Positions 53,529 through 63,942 of a DNA stretch of 64,000 nt are shown here, one piece after another (the first letter of the stretch is position 1; each line of letters starts with the position of its first letter). Made by a program: the position numbers and the translations under genes. The stretch covers positions 169-64,168 of the forward strand of contig CAZMED010000001.1 of NCBI GenBank assembly GCA_964565045.1, given 5' to 3'. Below the pieces are notes generated by a model. That model made no database searches. It was given only the letters and a program-made list of their open reading frames with translations, and had not been told where the DNA came from. Source of the DNA: an uncultured Thermoanaerobaculia bacterium. Lineage in GTDB: Bacteria; Acidobacteriota; Thermoanaerobaculia; Thermoanaerobaculales; Sulfomarinibacteraceae.

Positions 53529-54721
53529 GGCTCGAGCGGCGCGGGGCGAGCAGGATCCGGCCCGACCTCGACCGTCTGCGGGCGGCGCTGGCCGCCCTCG
53601 GCGATCCGCAGCGCCGGTTCCCCTCGATCCTCGTCGTCGGCACCAACGGCAAGGGGTCGAGCGCCGCGATCACCGAAGCGGTGCTGCGCGCCCATTCGCT
53701 CCGCACGGGTCTCTACACTTCGCCGCACCTCATAAGGGTCGAGGAGCGGATCCGCGTCGGCGGCGCAGCGGTGGCTCCCGGGGAGCTGGAGCGCCAGCTC
53801 GACCGCCTCGACGGCTTTCCGGAGCTCACCTACTTCGAGACCCTGACCGCCGCGGCATTCGCGATCTTCGCCGAGGCCGGCGTCGAGGTCGTGGTGCTGG
53901 AGGCTGGCATGGGCGGCTCCTGGGACGCGACGCGGTTGGCGGAGAGCGCCGTCGCCGGACTCACCAACGTCGGGACCGACCACCGCGCCTGGCTGGGCGG
54001 CGACCGCCGGGCGATCGCGCGCGACAAGGGGCGCGCCCTGGCGGCCGCGTCCTGGCCGGTCGTCGGCACGGGCGTCGGCGCGGACATCCTGCAGGCCCTG
54101 GCGGCGCCGGCCGCGGTGCCCGCCGGGTCCCTGGTGCAGTGCCGTCCGGTCGCCGGCGGCCGGGTCGCGCTGTCCTGGGGTGGAGGCCGGACAACGGTGC
54201 GCCTTCCCCTACCCGGCGCCCACCAGCTCGAAAACGCCCAGCTCGCGCTCGCTCTCTGCCTCCAGGCGGCGGCGGCCGGCTGGCTCGGAGGGCTCGAGCC
54301 GCAGCGGGTGCGCGCGGCGGTCGAGGGCGTACGCTGGCCGGGGCGGCTCAGCCGACACCGGCTCGGCGGCCGCGAGGTGCTGATGGACTGCGCCCACAAC
54401 CTCGAGGGTGTGACGGCTCTCGCCGCGCACATCGGTGGTCTCGGCGAGCGCTACAACCTCCTGTTCTCCTGTCTCGACGACAAGCCCCTCGAGGCGATGG
54501 CGGCCGTGCTGAGGCCGGTGGCCGGCGAGGTCGCGGTGTGCGAGCTCGCCGACGAGCGCGCGATGCCGCTTGCGCGCCTGCTCGCCGCGTTCCCGGGGGC
54601 GCGGGCGGCGTGCGACCCGGAGACGGCGCTGGCGGCGCTGCCGGACCCGGTCCTGGCGGCGGGCAGCGTGCGCCTGGTCGGCTCCCTGTTGGCCGGATCG
54701 GACGGAGGTGCGGCATGGTGA
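53507..54721 (+). CDS. folC: Folylpolyglutamate synthase / dihydrofolate synthase
   Basis: VVGTNGKGSSAA (P-loop), YTSPHLIRVEERI, LEAGMGGSWDATR. Overlaps the accD 3' end by 22 nt. Confidence 0.88.
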   Translation: MPAAAPLRLERRGASRIRPDLDRLRAALAALGDPQRRFPSILVVGTNGKGSSAAITEAVLRAHSLRTGLYTSPHLIRVEERIRVGGAAVAPGELERQLDRLDGFPELTYFETLTAAAFAIFAEAGVEVVVLEAGMGGSWDATRLAESAVAGLTNVGTDHRAWLGGDRRAIARDKGRALAAASWPVVGTGVGADILQALAAPAAVPAGSLVQCRPVAGGRVALSWGGGRTTVRLPLPGAHQLENAQLALALCLQAAAAGWLGGLEPQRVRAAVEGVRWPGRLSRHRLGGREVLMDCAHNLEGVTALAAHIGGLGERYNLLFSCLDDKPLEAMAAVLRPVAGEVAVCELADERAMPLARLLAAFPGARAACDPETALAALPDPVLAAGSVRLVGSLLAGSDGGAAW

Positions 54722-56049
54722 GATCGTCGTGGGTTCGTGACCGCACGACGCTCGAGGCCGACGAGGCGCGGCGACTGTCAGTGGTGGCGGTGCGATCCGC
54801 GGAGGCGACCCGGCGGCGCCCCGAGGCGAGCGACCCCGGCGATCTCCGGCTCGCCTTCCAGCGCGACCGCGACCGCATCCTGCACGCGCGCGCCTTCCGG
54901 CGCCTCAAGCACAAGACGCAGGTCTTCGTGCCCCACGTTGGCGACCACCCCAGGACCCGCCTCACCCACACCCTCGAGGTGGGGCAGCTGGCGCGGACCA
55001 TCGCCCGCGCCCTGGCCCTCAACGAGGACCTCGCCGAGGCTTCCGCCATGGGCCACGACGTCGGCCACACCGCCTTCGGCCACACCGGCGAGTCCGCCCT
55101 CGACGAGATCCTGCGCGGGGTCAACCCCGAGGTGCCCCTGCCCCCCGCGGTGGTCGACGAGGTCGGGCGCTTCAAGCACAACTACCAGTCGCTGCGGGTG
55201 GTCGACCTCTTCGAGCGGCGCTACGCGCAGCCCGGTATCAACCTCACCGACCAGGTGCGGGAGGCGATCCTCAAGCACACGTCGTGGAAGGTGGACTACC
55301 CGTTCCCCCTACCGGGCGGTGAGGGCCTCCGCCTCGACAGGTCCTGCCACCTCGAGGGGCAGGCGGTGGCAGTGGCCGACGAGATCGCCCAGCAGACCCA
55401 CGACCTCGAGGACGGCCTGCGCGCGGGTGCGGTCGGGCTCGAGGCGGTGGAGAAGCTCGCGGTCGCCGCCCGGGTGCGGGAGGCCGCCGGCCCATCGTAT
55501 GGTGACGAGCGCCCGTGGGACCGCCAGAACTCGCTGGTGCGGGGGATCATTAGGCTCTTCGTTCACGACGTGGTCGAGGCCTCGGCCGCGCGTATCGAGC
55601 GCTTCTGCGAGCAGCACGGGATCGCGGACCACGAGGGCTGGAACCGCCACCGCCACGAGGCCTCTCAGACCACGGTCTGGTTCTCCTCCGAGATCGAGCA
55701 GCTCTTCGTCGAGCTCAAGGGCTTCATCTATTCACGGATCATCAACCGCGGCCCGGTCAGCCGCCAGGACTGGCGCGCGCGGCGCGTGATGACCGGCCTC
55801 TTCGACGCCTACTGGCGCGAGCCCGCCATCCTCCCCGACTACGTTCTGCTGCGGGCCGCCGAGGAGCTCGCGCTGCCGCACCTGCGCGAGCTGCCGCTGC
55901 AGCGTATTGCAGGGGTGGTCGGCGACCGGTACCATACGTGCGCCGGGTTCGCGCGGCTGATCGTGGACCACCTCGCCGGCATGAGCGACCGCTACGCCCT
56001 CGAGGAGTACCGCGCACTGCACCTGCCGTCGCCCGACCGCGAGCCCTGA
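54715..56049 (+). CDS. dgt: dGTP triphosphohydrolase-like HD-domain protein
   Basis: FQRDRDRILHARAFRRLKHKTQVF, RLTHTLEV, and the HD motif HDVGHTAFGHTGE. Confidence 0.88.
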   Translation: MVRSSWVRDRTTLEADEARRLSVVAVRSAEATRRRPEASDPGDLRLAFQRDRDRILHARAFRRLKHKTQVFVPHVGDHPRTRLTHTLEVGQLARTIARALALNEDLAEASAMGHDVGHTAFGHTGESALDEILRGVNPEVPLPPAVVDEVGRFKHNYQSLRVVDLFERRYAQPGINLTDQVREAILKHTSWKVDYPFPLPGGEGLRLDRSCHLEGQAVAVADEIAQQTHDLEDGLRAGAVGLEAVEKLAVAARVREAAGPSYGDERPWDRQNSLVRGIIRLFVHDVVEASAARIERFCEQHGIADHEGWNRHRHEASQTTVWFSSEIEQLFVELKGFIYSRIINRGPVSRQDWRARRVMTGLFDAYWREPAILPDYVLLRAAEELALPHLRELPLQRIAGVVGDRYHTCAGFARLIVDHLAGMSDRYALEEYRALHLPSPDREP

Positions 56050-56059
56050 AAGGAACGCC

Positions 56060-56496
56060 GTGATCGTCATCGCTTCCGACCACGCCGGCTTCGAGCTCAA
56101 GGCGCGGGTGATCGAGCTGCTGAAGGGGGCGGGTCACGAGGTCCGCGATCTGGGGCCGGGCGATTCGAGCGCGGTCGACTATCCCGACTTCGCGCACCGC
56201 GTCGCCGGAGCCGTCGCCTCCGGCGAGGCCGAGCGTGGGGTCCTGATCTGCGGCACCGGCATCGGCATGAGCATGGCCGCCAACCGCCACCCGGGGGTGC
56301 GGGCGGCGCTCTGCCACGATGCCTTCACCGCCGAGATGGCGCGCCGGCACAACGACGCCAATGTGCTGTGCATGGGCGGGCGGGTGACCGGCGTCGGCGT
56401 GGCGGAGCAGATGGTGCGGATCTTCCTCGAGACCCCGTTCGAGGGCGGCCGCCACCGGCGGCGCGCCGAGCGGATCGAGACCGAGCGGGAGGACTG

Positions 56497-56497
<1 letters not shown>
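56060..56497 (+). CDS. rpiB: Ribose-5-phosphate isomerase B
   Basis: [13 protein letters not shown]..., [13 protein letters not shown], and [12 protein letters not shown]. Confidence 0.92.
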
Positions 56498-57801
<1,304 letters not shown>

Positions 57802-57835
57802 CCCGTTTCCGTGCCCGTTTCCGTGCCCGTGCCCG
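57802..57835. repeat. Tandem 12-mer CCCGTTTCCGTG x2 plus a partial copy
   Basis: Read directly: cccgtttccgtg cccgtttccgtg cccgtgcccgg, immediately after the glyA stop. Confidence 0.8.
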
Positions 57836-57845
57836 GAATCAGCAT

Positions 57846-57899
57846 CAGTGACAGCGCCAGATGGCAGTGACAGATCCAGCGGCAGTGGGCAGAGACAGG
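57846..57899. repeat. Imperfect ~19-bp tandem repeat (CAGTGACAG-core) x3
   Basis: CAGTGACAG at 57846 and 57865, and CAGTGGGCAG at 57883. Confidence 0.6.
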
Positions 57900-58085
57900 T
57901 TCAGCGGCCGCGGCATGGCCACCTCCGGGTCATTCACACGGATCGATCCGGGGAATCCGTCGAACCACAGAGGCACGGAGGGCACAGAGCCGCACAGAGG
58001 GTTTTCCGACTCATCGCAGGACCAGTTCAAGACCGCCGGGTTGCGGGATCTTGACGGCTCTCTGTGGTTCAGTTGGAGGGGCGGG

Positions 58086-58124
58086 AACGTTCTGACGTTC
58101 TAACGTTCCAACTTTCTAACGATC
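58086..58124. repeat. Five tandem 8-bp units (NACGTTCN)
   Basis: aacgttct gacgttct aacgttcc aactttct aacgatcg. It overlaps the stop codon and last two codons of the PHP gene. Confidence 0.75.
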
Positions 58125-59198
58125 GCCCAGCCAGGCCTCGAACTCGTCGGCGTGGCGCACGTTGAGGATCCGCTCCCGGGGCACCTCGGCACGCATGGCG
58201 ATGGCGGCGGCGTAGGCGTCGAACTCGAGGTGCGGTACGGCGTGCGCGTCCGACGCGAGCACCACCTCGCAGCCCGCTGCGACGGCGAGCCGCGCGAGGT
58301 CCGCGTCGAGGTCCTGGCGGCGCGGGAAGCCGTTGATTTCGACCGCGACGCCGAGCTCGGCGCACGCCGCGAAGACCGTCTCCCAGCGCGCCTTGAGTCC
58401 GGGCCGGTGGTGGAAATGGCGGCCGCGCGGGTGGGCGAGAACGTGCACTCCCGGGGTCGCGACGGCGCGCAGGAGCCGGTCGGTCTGGTCGCGCTCGGGA
58501 TCGAAGATGCTGTGCACCGCGGCGAGAACACACTCGACCTCGAGGCGCTCCCCCTGGGGAACGTCGAGGGTGCCGTCGGCCAGGATCTCCACCTCGAGGC
58601 CCTGGAAGACACGGTGGTCCTCGCCGTGTCGGGAGTTCCAGGACTCGATGCGCCGGCGCTGCAGCCGCAGGCCCTCCCGGTCGAGCCCGGAGGCCACCTC
58701 GAGCCCCCGTGAGTGGTCGGTCACCATGGACCAGGCGAAACCCCGGCGTCCGCAGGCGCGGGCCATGGCGTCGAGGGAGGCCTTGCCGTCGGAGTCGCGG
58801 GTGTGCCAGTGGCAGGCGCCGCGCAGACGCGCCGGCTGCAGCTCGGCCGGCCCGTCGCGCAGGGTTTCGGCGACCGCTGCACGCGACAGGTAACCGGCGC
58901 GAGCGGCGCGCCGCCGCTGCGGGCGGTCGAGCGCCAGGCGCTGGACCGCGGCCTGCACCGCGTCCTCGCTGCGGCAGGCCGCGAGCTGCTCGATCAGCGG
59001 CCGCAGCCAGTCGGGGGCGTCCTCGAGGGCTGCGCGGTGGGCGATCCCCGGGGTGTCGAAGGCCGCGTAGCCGGCGCGCAGGAGGGCCACCCTGCGGTCG
59101 CCGGGCGGCTCCGACTCCGAGAGGGTGAACAGGGCTTCGGCGAGGGCGCTGTTCGGCAGCCCGGTGCGCGTGTGGGGTGGTGTCGTCGAAACCGTCAT
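58116..59198 (-). CDS. PHP-domain phosphoesterase related to the PolX C-terminal domain; polymerase core absent
   Basis: PHP metal motifs ACHWHTRDSDG, MVTDHSRGL and VLASDAH. The N-terminal ~60 aa resemble the PolX 8-kDa helical domain (NSALAEALFTLSE...LLRAGYAAF). At 361 aa it is far shorter than the ~570 aa of a full PolX. Confidence 0.7.
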   Translation of the reverse strand: MTVSTTPPHTRTGLPNSALAEALFTLSESEPPGDRRVALLRAGYAAFDTPGIAHRAALEDAPDWLRPLIEQLAACRSEDAVQAAVQRLALDRPQRRRAARAGYLSRAAVAETLRDGPAELQPARLRGACHWHTRDSDGKASLDAMARACGRRGFAWSMVTDHSRGLEVASGLDREGLRLQRRRIESWNSRHGEDHRVFQGLEVEILADGTLDVPQGERLEVECVLAAVHSIFDPERDQTDRLLRAVATPGVHVLAHPRGRHFHHRPGLKARWETVFAACAELGVAVEINGFPRRQDLDADLARLAVAAGCEVVLASDAHAVPHLEFDAYAAAIAMRAEVPRERILNVRHADEFEAWLGDR

Positions 59199-59256
59199 CA
59201 CTCCACCATAACCCGCCACCGTCGGGCCGGCTTCCAGGCGCGGTCGAAGCCCGCCG

Positions 59257-61872
59257 CTACGGCGTATCCCCGCCGGCCGGAGCGTCCGCGGAGTCGAGCC
59301 GCTCGAGATCGGTTCGGATCTTGCCCGCGTAGTGCGCCACCGCCGCCGGGTTGCCCATGATCATGTCGAGCTGCCGTGTGTGCATGATCAGATAACCGAC
59401 CACCTCGAGCTGCCGCTCCATGGCCGCGGCCGGGAGGCCGGCGAGGCGGGCGGTGGCGTGGTCCTCGCGCGCCTCGACGGTGAAGCCGCGCTCGTCGAGG
59501 AGCTCGCAGATCAGGCGTACCCGGGCCGCTTTGCGCATGAGGTCGGCGGCGCCGCCCTTGAAGGAGAAGCTGAGGTAGTTCTCGTGGTCGCGGCTTCCGA
59601 CCACCGACTCGACGGCGGCGAAGTGGAAGCCGAAGCGCGACTGCAGGTTCATGAAGCTCGAGGAGATCATGAAGTAGTTCTGCTGCGCGTAGGGCGTGCG
59701 GAAGGGGGTCGCCAACGCCGGGTTGGCGGTGGCCTCGAAGAGCACCGACGCGAAGCCGCGGCCGCTCATGGCGGGTGGCCCTTCCCAGGGAACCGCGACC
59801 ATCCCCCGCCAGACCGCGAGCATCGGCCGGCTCGCGATCTCCTCGAGGCGCACGTACTTGCCGACGATCTCGTGGGTGAAGCCGTCCTCGAGATCGAGCA
59901 CCCACCACTGCATGGGGACGTTGTGGTGGAGCTGCTTGCTGGCGTGCCTGGGGAAGCGGTGGCTCTTGCCGAAGTCGAACATCTCTCGCACCGCCTTCTC
60001 GTGGCAGAAGCGGGTGATGTCGTGCAGCGTGCGGCAGGCCGAGGGTCGGAAGGACACGTCGTCCGGGTCGAGGAGGTTGAGCGGGCTGATCAGCCGCAGC
60101 GCGTCGCGCAGGGTGGCGTGGACGGGGCTGCCCTCCATCGCCGACGGCCGCGCTCGTTCTTCGCCGAGCAGGGCCTCCACCCGGCCGGGGTAGACCGCGC
60201 CCCCGTCGGCGTCGACGGTCACGACGGCGCCCTCCTCGAGGGCCTCGAGGGCGGAGACGCCGAACAGCGCCGGCAGACGCGACTCGCGCGCGACCGTGGC
60301 GAGGTGGCCCGCAATCCCTCCCTCGGCCGCGACCACCGCGACGGCGCGCGACAGCAGGGCCGCCCACCGCGGCAGCGGGTGCGACACCACGAGGACCGCG
60401 CCGTCGGGAAACCGCAGCGCGTCGCTGTCGCGCTCCACCCTGATGACGGGTCCGGAGGCGCGGCCCGGGCTCACGCAGAGGCCGCCCTCAAGCAACGGCG
60501 TGACGTCCTGCGGCCGCGCCGGCGGGAGGGCTTCCGCTTCCACGACCTGCTGCAGCGGGCGGCTCTGCAGCACCACCACGTCGCCGGCGCCGTCGATCGC
60601 CCACTCCACGTCCTGCGGCAGGCCGTAGTGGTCCTCGAGATCGAGTGCCGCCGCCGCCACCCGCGCCGCCTCCTCGTCGCTCAGCGAAGGCCGGGATCGG
60701 TCGGCTGCCGGGACCTCCTCCCGCGCCACCCCTTCTGCGGGATCGAGAACCAGCCGCGCCCTCTTGTCGGCGATCCGGCGCTTCAAGATCCGCGGCGGAC
60801 GCTCCCGCGAGAGGATGAACTGGTCGGCGGCAAAGCGGCCGTCGACGACCGATTTCGGGAGGCCGAGGGTCGAGCTGACGACGACCGTGTCGTCACGGGC
60901 GTCGCCCGGGTTGGCGGTGTAGGCGACCCCTCCAGCCCGGGCGTCGACCATGACGGTGCAGCCGACGCACATCGCGAGCCGATCGTCGCGCAGGCCGCGC
61001 TGCAGCCGGTACTGCATGGCCTGCGGCGTGTACTTGCTGGCCACCACCTGCCGATAGGCGTCCGCCAGGTGCTCGGGCCGCAGATTGAGCTCGGTGGCGT
61101 ACTGGCCCGCGAAGGACGCTTCAGGGCTGTCCTCGCCGACCGCGCTCGAGCGCAGCGCCACCGAAGGTCGCCCGCCGGCCGCGGCCGCGAGGTCCTCGTA
61201 GGCCGAGCCGATCGCCTCGCCGAGCTCGGCCGGGACCTCGGCGTTGACCACCAGCTGCTGCAGCTCGGAGCTCAGGCGGAAGATCTCGGCCGGCTCGTCG
61301 CTGTCGGAGGTCTGGATGAGGCGGTCGATCTCCGGCTGCAGGTCGTTGTGCTCGAGCAGCAGCTGGTACGCCCGCCCCGTGATGGCGAATCCTTCCGGCA
61401 CCGACAGCCCGACGACGTTGGCCACCTCGCCGAGGTTGGCCATCTTCGAGCCCACCTCGTCGACCAACGCCCGGTCGATCGACGACAGCGGAACCACCAG
61501 CGGCGCGTCCTCGCTCGGCGGGCGAGCCGCCAGCAGGCCCCGGATCTGCCCCTGGATACTGTCCAGGACGCCGAAGAGCTCGCGGTACGTCCCGGGCGCG
61601 AGCTCGTCGAGGTGGCGGACCATGGCGAAGACGCTGACGCCGGCCGCCGTGCAGCGCGAGTGCACGAAGGCCATCCCGTACAGCTGGCCGCCCGCCAGCG
61701 TCTGCTCCATCTCGGCCATCGTGTCGAGGGCCTTGTTGTTGGCCGCCAGCAGCAGCCGCAGGGCGTGGTAGCGTTCCTTGAAGAGGGCGGTGCCGTCGTC
61801 TCCGCCGAGGCCGGCGGTCGGTCGCAGTCGGCCGGTCAGCCAGCGGAGCAGCCGATCAAGGACCGCGACCAC
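59257..61872 (-). CDS. PEP synthase-like protein: N-terminal helical domain, PPDK_N ATP-grasp, PEP-utilizer phosphohistidine domain, unassigned C-terminal domain
   Basis: VGSKMANLGEVANVVGLSVPEGFAIT (PPDK_N opening) and a swivel-domain motif AAEGGIAGHLATVARESRLPALFG, with the His codon at complement 60304-60306. The last ~270 aa lack the TIM-barrel NDL/CGE-type motifs I associate with PpsA/PPDK. Confidence 0.75.
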   Translation of the reverse strand: MVAVLDRLLRWLTGRLRPTAGLGGDDGTALFKERYHALRLLLAANNKALDTMAEMEQTLAGGQLYGMAFVHSRCTAAGVSVFAMVRHLDELAPGTYRELFGVLDSIQGQIRGLLAARPPSEDAPLVVPLSSIDRALVDEVGSKMANLGEVANVVGLSVPEGFAITGRAYQLLLEHNDLQPEIDRLIQTSDSDEPAEIFRLSSELQQLVVNAEVPAELGEAIGSAYEDLAAAAGGRPSVALRSSAVGEDSPEASFAGQYATELNLRPEHLADAYRQVVASKYTPQAMQYRLQRGLRDDRLAMCVGCTVMVDARAGGVAYTANPGDARDDTVVVSSTLGLPKSVVDGRFAADQFILSRERPPRILKRRIADKRARLVLDPAEGVAREEVPAADRSRPSLSDEEAARVAAAALDLEDHYGLPQDVEWAIDGAGDVVVLQSRPLQQVVEAEALPPARPQDVTPLLEGGLCVSPGRASGPVIRVERDSDALRFPDGAVLVVSHPLPRWAALLSRAVAVVAAEGGIAGHLATVARESRLPALFGVSALEALEEGAVVTVDADGGAVYPGRVEALLGEERARPSAMEGSPVHATLRDALRLISPLNLLDPDDVSFRPSACRTLHDITRFCHEKAVREMFDFGKSHRFPRHASKQLHHNVPMQWWVLDLEDGFTHEIVGKYVRLEEIASRPMLAVWRGMVAVPWEGPPAMSGRGFASVLFEATANPALATPFRTPYAQQNYFMISSSFMNLQSRFGFHFAAVESVVGSRDHENYLSFSFKGGAADLMRKAARVRLICELLDERGFTVEAREDHATARLAGLPAAAMERQLEVVGYLIMHTRQLDMIMGNPAAVAHYAGKIRTDLERLDSADAPAGGDTP

Positions 61873-61914
61873 CGACCACCCTCACGAGATCCGCGACGAA
61901 CGGCCGCGGCAGCC

Positions 61915-62346
61915 TCACCCGGACTCCGGGTCGCGTTCGCCGCCGCCATCCGACCGGGAGCGCGCACCTTCCAGCCGCAGGGTCCGGCGCCGGTGGGCGT
62001 CCTCGATCTTGAACATCAGCTCGTCGATGCTGACCGGCTTCAACAGGTAGTCGAAGGCGCCCATGGTCATCCCCTCCAGCGACGCCTCGAGGCTCGCGTG
62101 CCCGGTGAGCAGGATGACCTCGACCGTCGGATGGGCGCTGCGGATCTCCTTCGTCGCTTCGATGCCGCCCATTCCCGGCATGCGGACGTCGAGGACCACG
62201 ACGTCCACCTCCTCCCGGTCGAGCGTCGCCAGCGCCTCGGCGGCGCTCGCAGCCGTCAGTACCTGCAGCCTGCGCAGGGCGAGCCGCCTGCTGAGCGTCT
62301 CCACGAAGCTCGTCTCGTCGTCGACGAGCAGCACCTTGATCGTCAT
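61915..62346 (-). CDS. Single-domain response regulator (REC)
   Basis: KVLLVDDE, VVVLDVRMPGMGG, LLTGHAS, AFDYLLKP. Confidence 0.9.
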   Translation of the reverse strand: MTIKVLLVDDETSFVETLSRRLALRRLQVLTAASAAEALATLDREEVDVVVLDVRMPGMGGIEATKEIRSAHPTVEVILLTGHASLEASLEGMTMGAFDYLLKPVSIDELMFKIEDAHRRRTLRLEGARSRSDGGGERDPESG

Positions 62347-62355
62347 GCGTCCTCC

Positions 62356-63492
62356 TCAGGCCCGGCGGCGGGGCACCACCACGCGGAAGGTACAGCCCGC
62401 CCCCGGCCTGCTCTCGACCTCGATGCGGCCGCCGAGCTTCTCCACGATACCCCGCGACACGGACAACCCGAGGCCGGTTCCGTGGCCCGCCTCCTTGGTG
62501 GTGAAGAACGGCTCGAAAATTCTCTCGATGTGCTCGTCGGGAATGCCCGGTCCGTCGTCGATGACGGCCATCGTGACCTGGTCTCTCGCGCCGTCGACCG
62601 CGATCTCGACACGGCCCCCGCGGGCAACCGCCTGCACCGCGTTGGTGACCAGGTTGAGAAGCACCTGGCGCAGCTGGTAGGGGTCGGTTTCGGCTGTCAG
62701 GTCGGCGTCCTCGGGCCTCGTCACAACGACCTCGATGTTGTCGGTGGCCGCCGAGCGCCGGGTCAGCTCGCGAACCTCCAAGGCCAGCTCGCCGAGGTCG
62801 GTGGCGCGCACTGTGGCGTCCGGCGCGCGGGCGAAGTGCAGGAAGTTCCGGCTGATGCGGGCCGCGCGATCGACCGCGGACTCGATCTTGTCGAGGGCCC
62901 GGGCCGAGGCCTCCCGCAGCTCCTCGGCGGAGAGCTCGGGCCGGCCGGCACGGGAGCGCAGCCAGCCGGCTGCTTCGGAGATCACCGCCAGTGGATTGTT
63001 GATCTCGTGCGCGATGCTGGCCGCGAGCTCGCCGAGAGAGGCGAGCCGGTCGGCGACGATCATGTGCTCCTGGAGCTTGTCGGTGAAGGTCTCCCGACCC
63101 GCCACCTCCTCGCCGCGCCTCCGGCTGAAGGCTTCATCGATCTTCTCCACCAGCTGCGCCAGCTTGACGGGCTTCGTGAGGTAGTCGAAGAACCCGAAGC
63201 GCATGCCCTCGATGGAGGACTCGAGGTCGGCGTGGCCGGTGAGCATCACCACCTGCACCTGCGGGTGGCGGTCCTTGATGCGGCGCAGGGTCTCGATCCC
63301 GTCCATGCCCGGCATGCGCACGTCGAGAACGACGACGTCGAGCGGCTCGCGGTCCAGGATTTCGAGCGCCTCGGGCCCGCTGCCGGCGGTCAGGACCGGC
63401 AGCCCGCGCAGCTCGAGGCGCTGGGCGAGGCTCGACAGGAAGTCGATCTCGTCATCGACCAGAAGGACGCGGGGTCGGGTCGTCTCATTCAT
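62356..63492 (-). CDS. Hybrid REC-histidine kinase (REC + HisKA + HATPase_c)
   Basis: RVLLVDDE, VVVLDVRMPGMDG, the H-box LAASIAHEINNPLAVI, DDGPGI, and GTGLGLSVS. Confidence 0.9.
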   Translation of the reverse strand: MNETTRPRVLLVDDEIDFLSSLAQRLELRGLPVLTAGSGPEALEILDREPLDVVVLDVRMPGMDGIETLRRIKDRHPQVQVVMLTGHADLESSIEGMRFGFFDYLTKPVKLAQLVEKIDEAFSRRRGEEVAGRETFTDKLQEHMIVADRLASLGELAASIAHEINNPLAVISEAAGWLRSRAGRPELSAEELREASARALDKIESAVDRAARISRNFLHFARAPDATVRATDLGELALEVRELTRRSAATDNIEVVVTRPEDADLTAETDPYQLRQVLLNLVTNAVQAVARGGRVEIAVDGARDQVTMAVIDDGPGIPDEHIERIFEPFFTTKEAGHGTGLGLSVSRGIVEKLGGRIEVESRPGAGCTFRVVVPRRRA

Positions 63493-63520
63493 CGTCGAAC
63501 CGGCGTCTGATCGCGGTGTG

Positions 63521-63910
63521 TCACTCGGCGTCGAGCCCCCGACGCCGGCGGAACGCCGCCTGGATCCTCTCGAGGATCGCGTCGAGACGGATCGGCTTGA
63601 TGAGGTAGTCGAACGCGCCGAGCTCGCGGCCGAGCCGGCTGAACTCCTGTGAGGCGTGGCCGGTGACGACGATCACCTCGGTGTCGGGGCAGCAGGACTT
63701 GATCTGCCGGAGGGCCTCGATGCCGTCCATTCCGGGCATCTTGATGTCGAGCAGCACGACGTCCACCGCGTCGGGGTTGGCCTTCAGGTACTCCAAAGCC
63801 GCGGCGCCGCTGGTGACCCCCTCGACCTCGATGCCCCGCAGCTCGATGCGCATGACGATCGAGCGCAGGAAGTCCTCTTCGTCGTCGACCACCAGCAGTC
63901 GTAGGGCCAT
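63521..63910 (-). CDS. Single-domain response regulator (REC)
   Basis: RLLVVDDEE, VVLLDIKMPGMDG, VVTGHAS, AFDYLIKP. Confidence 0.9.
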   Translation of the reverse strand: MALRLLVVDDEEDFLRSIVMRIELRGIEVEGVTSGAAALEYLKANPDAVDVVLLDIKMPGMDGIEALRQIKSCCPDTEVIVVTGHASQEFSRLGRELGAFDYLIKPIRLDAILERIQAAFRRRRGLDAE

Positions 63911-63942
63911 CGACCTGGTCTCCTTTCACCGCCCGCGGGCGG

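Noticed and set aside
57802-58124. The possibility that the repeat-rich spacer is a CRISPR array or a tRNA/rRNA fragment
   Set aside because: The repeat units are 8-19 bp and directly abutting, without 25-40-bp unique spacers. No cas genes are present, and I could find no cloverleaf-compatible arms.
58085-58124. The GAACGTTC/GTTC octamer array as a LexA (Cheo-type GAAC-N4-GTTC or GTTC-N7-GTTC) operator
   Set aside because: The GAAC/GTTC spacings present are N0, N4 (direct GTTC repeats) and N8, so neither known arrangement is reproduced. The location is at a gene's 3' end, not at a promoter.
59332-63510. A 1392-aa plus-strand ORF, the longest in the window
   Set aside because: It is antisense to four minus-strand genes with clear REC, HisKA/HATPase and PPDK_N motifs. 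Its own translation has no recognisable motif and an R/G/A/E/L-biased composition, so it is an artefact of stop-codon paucity.
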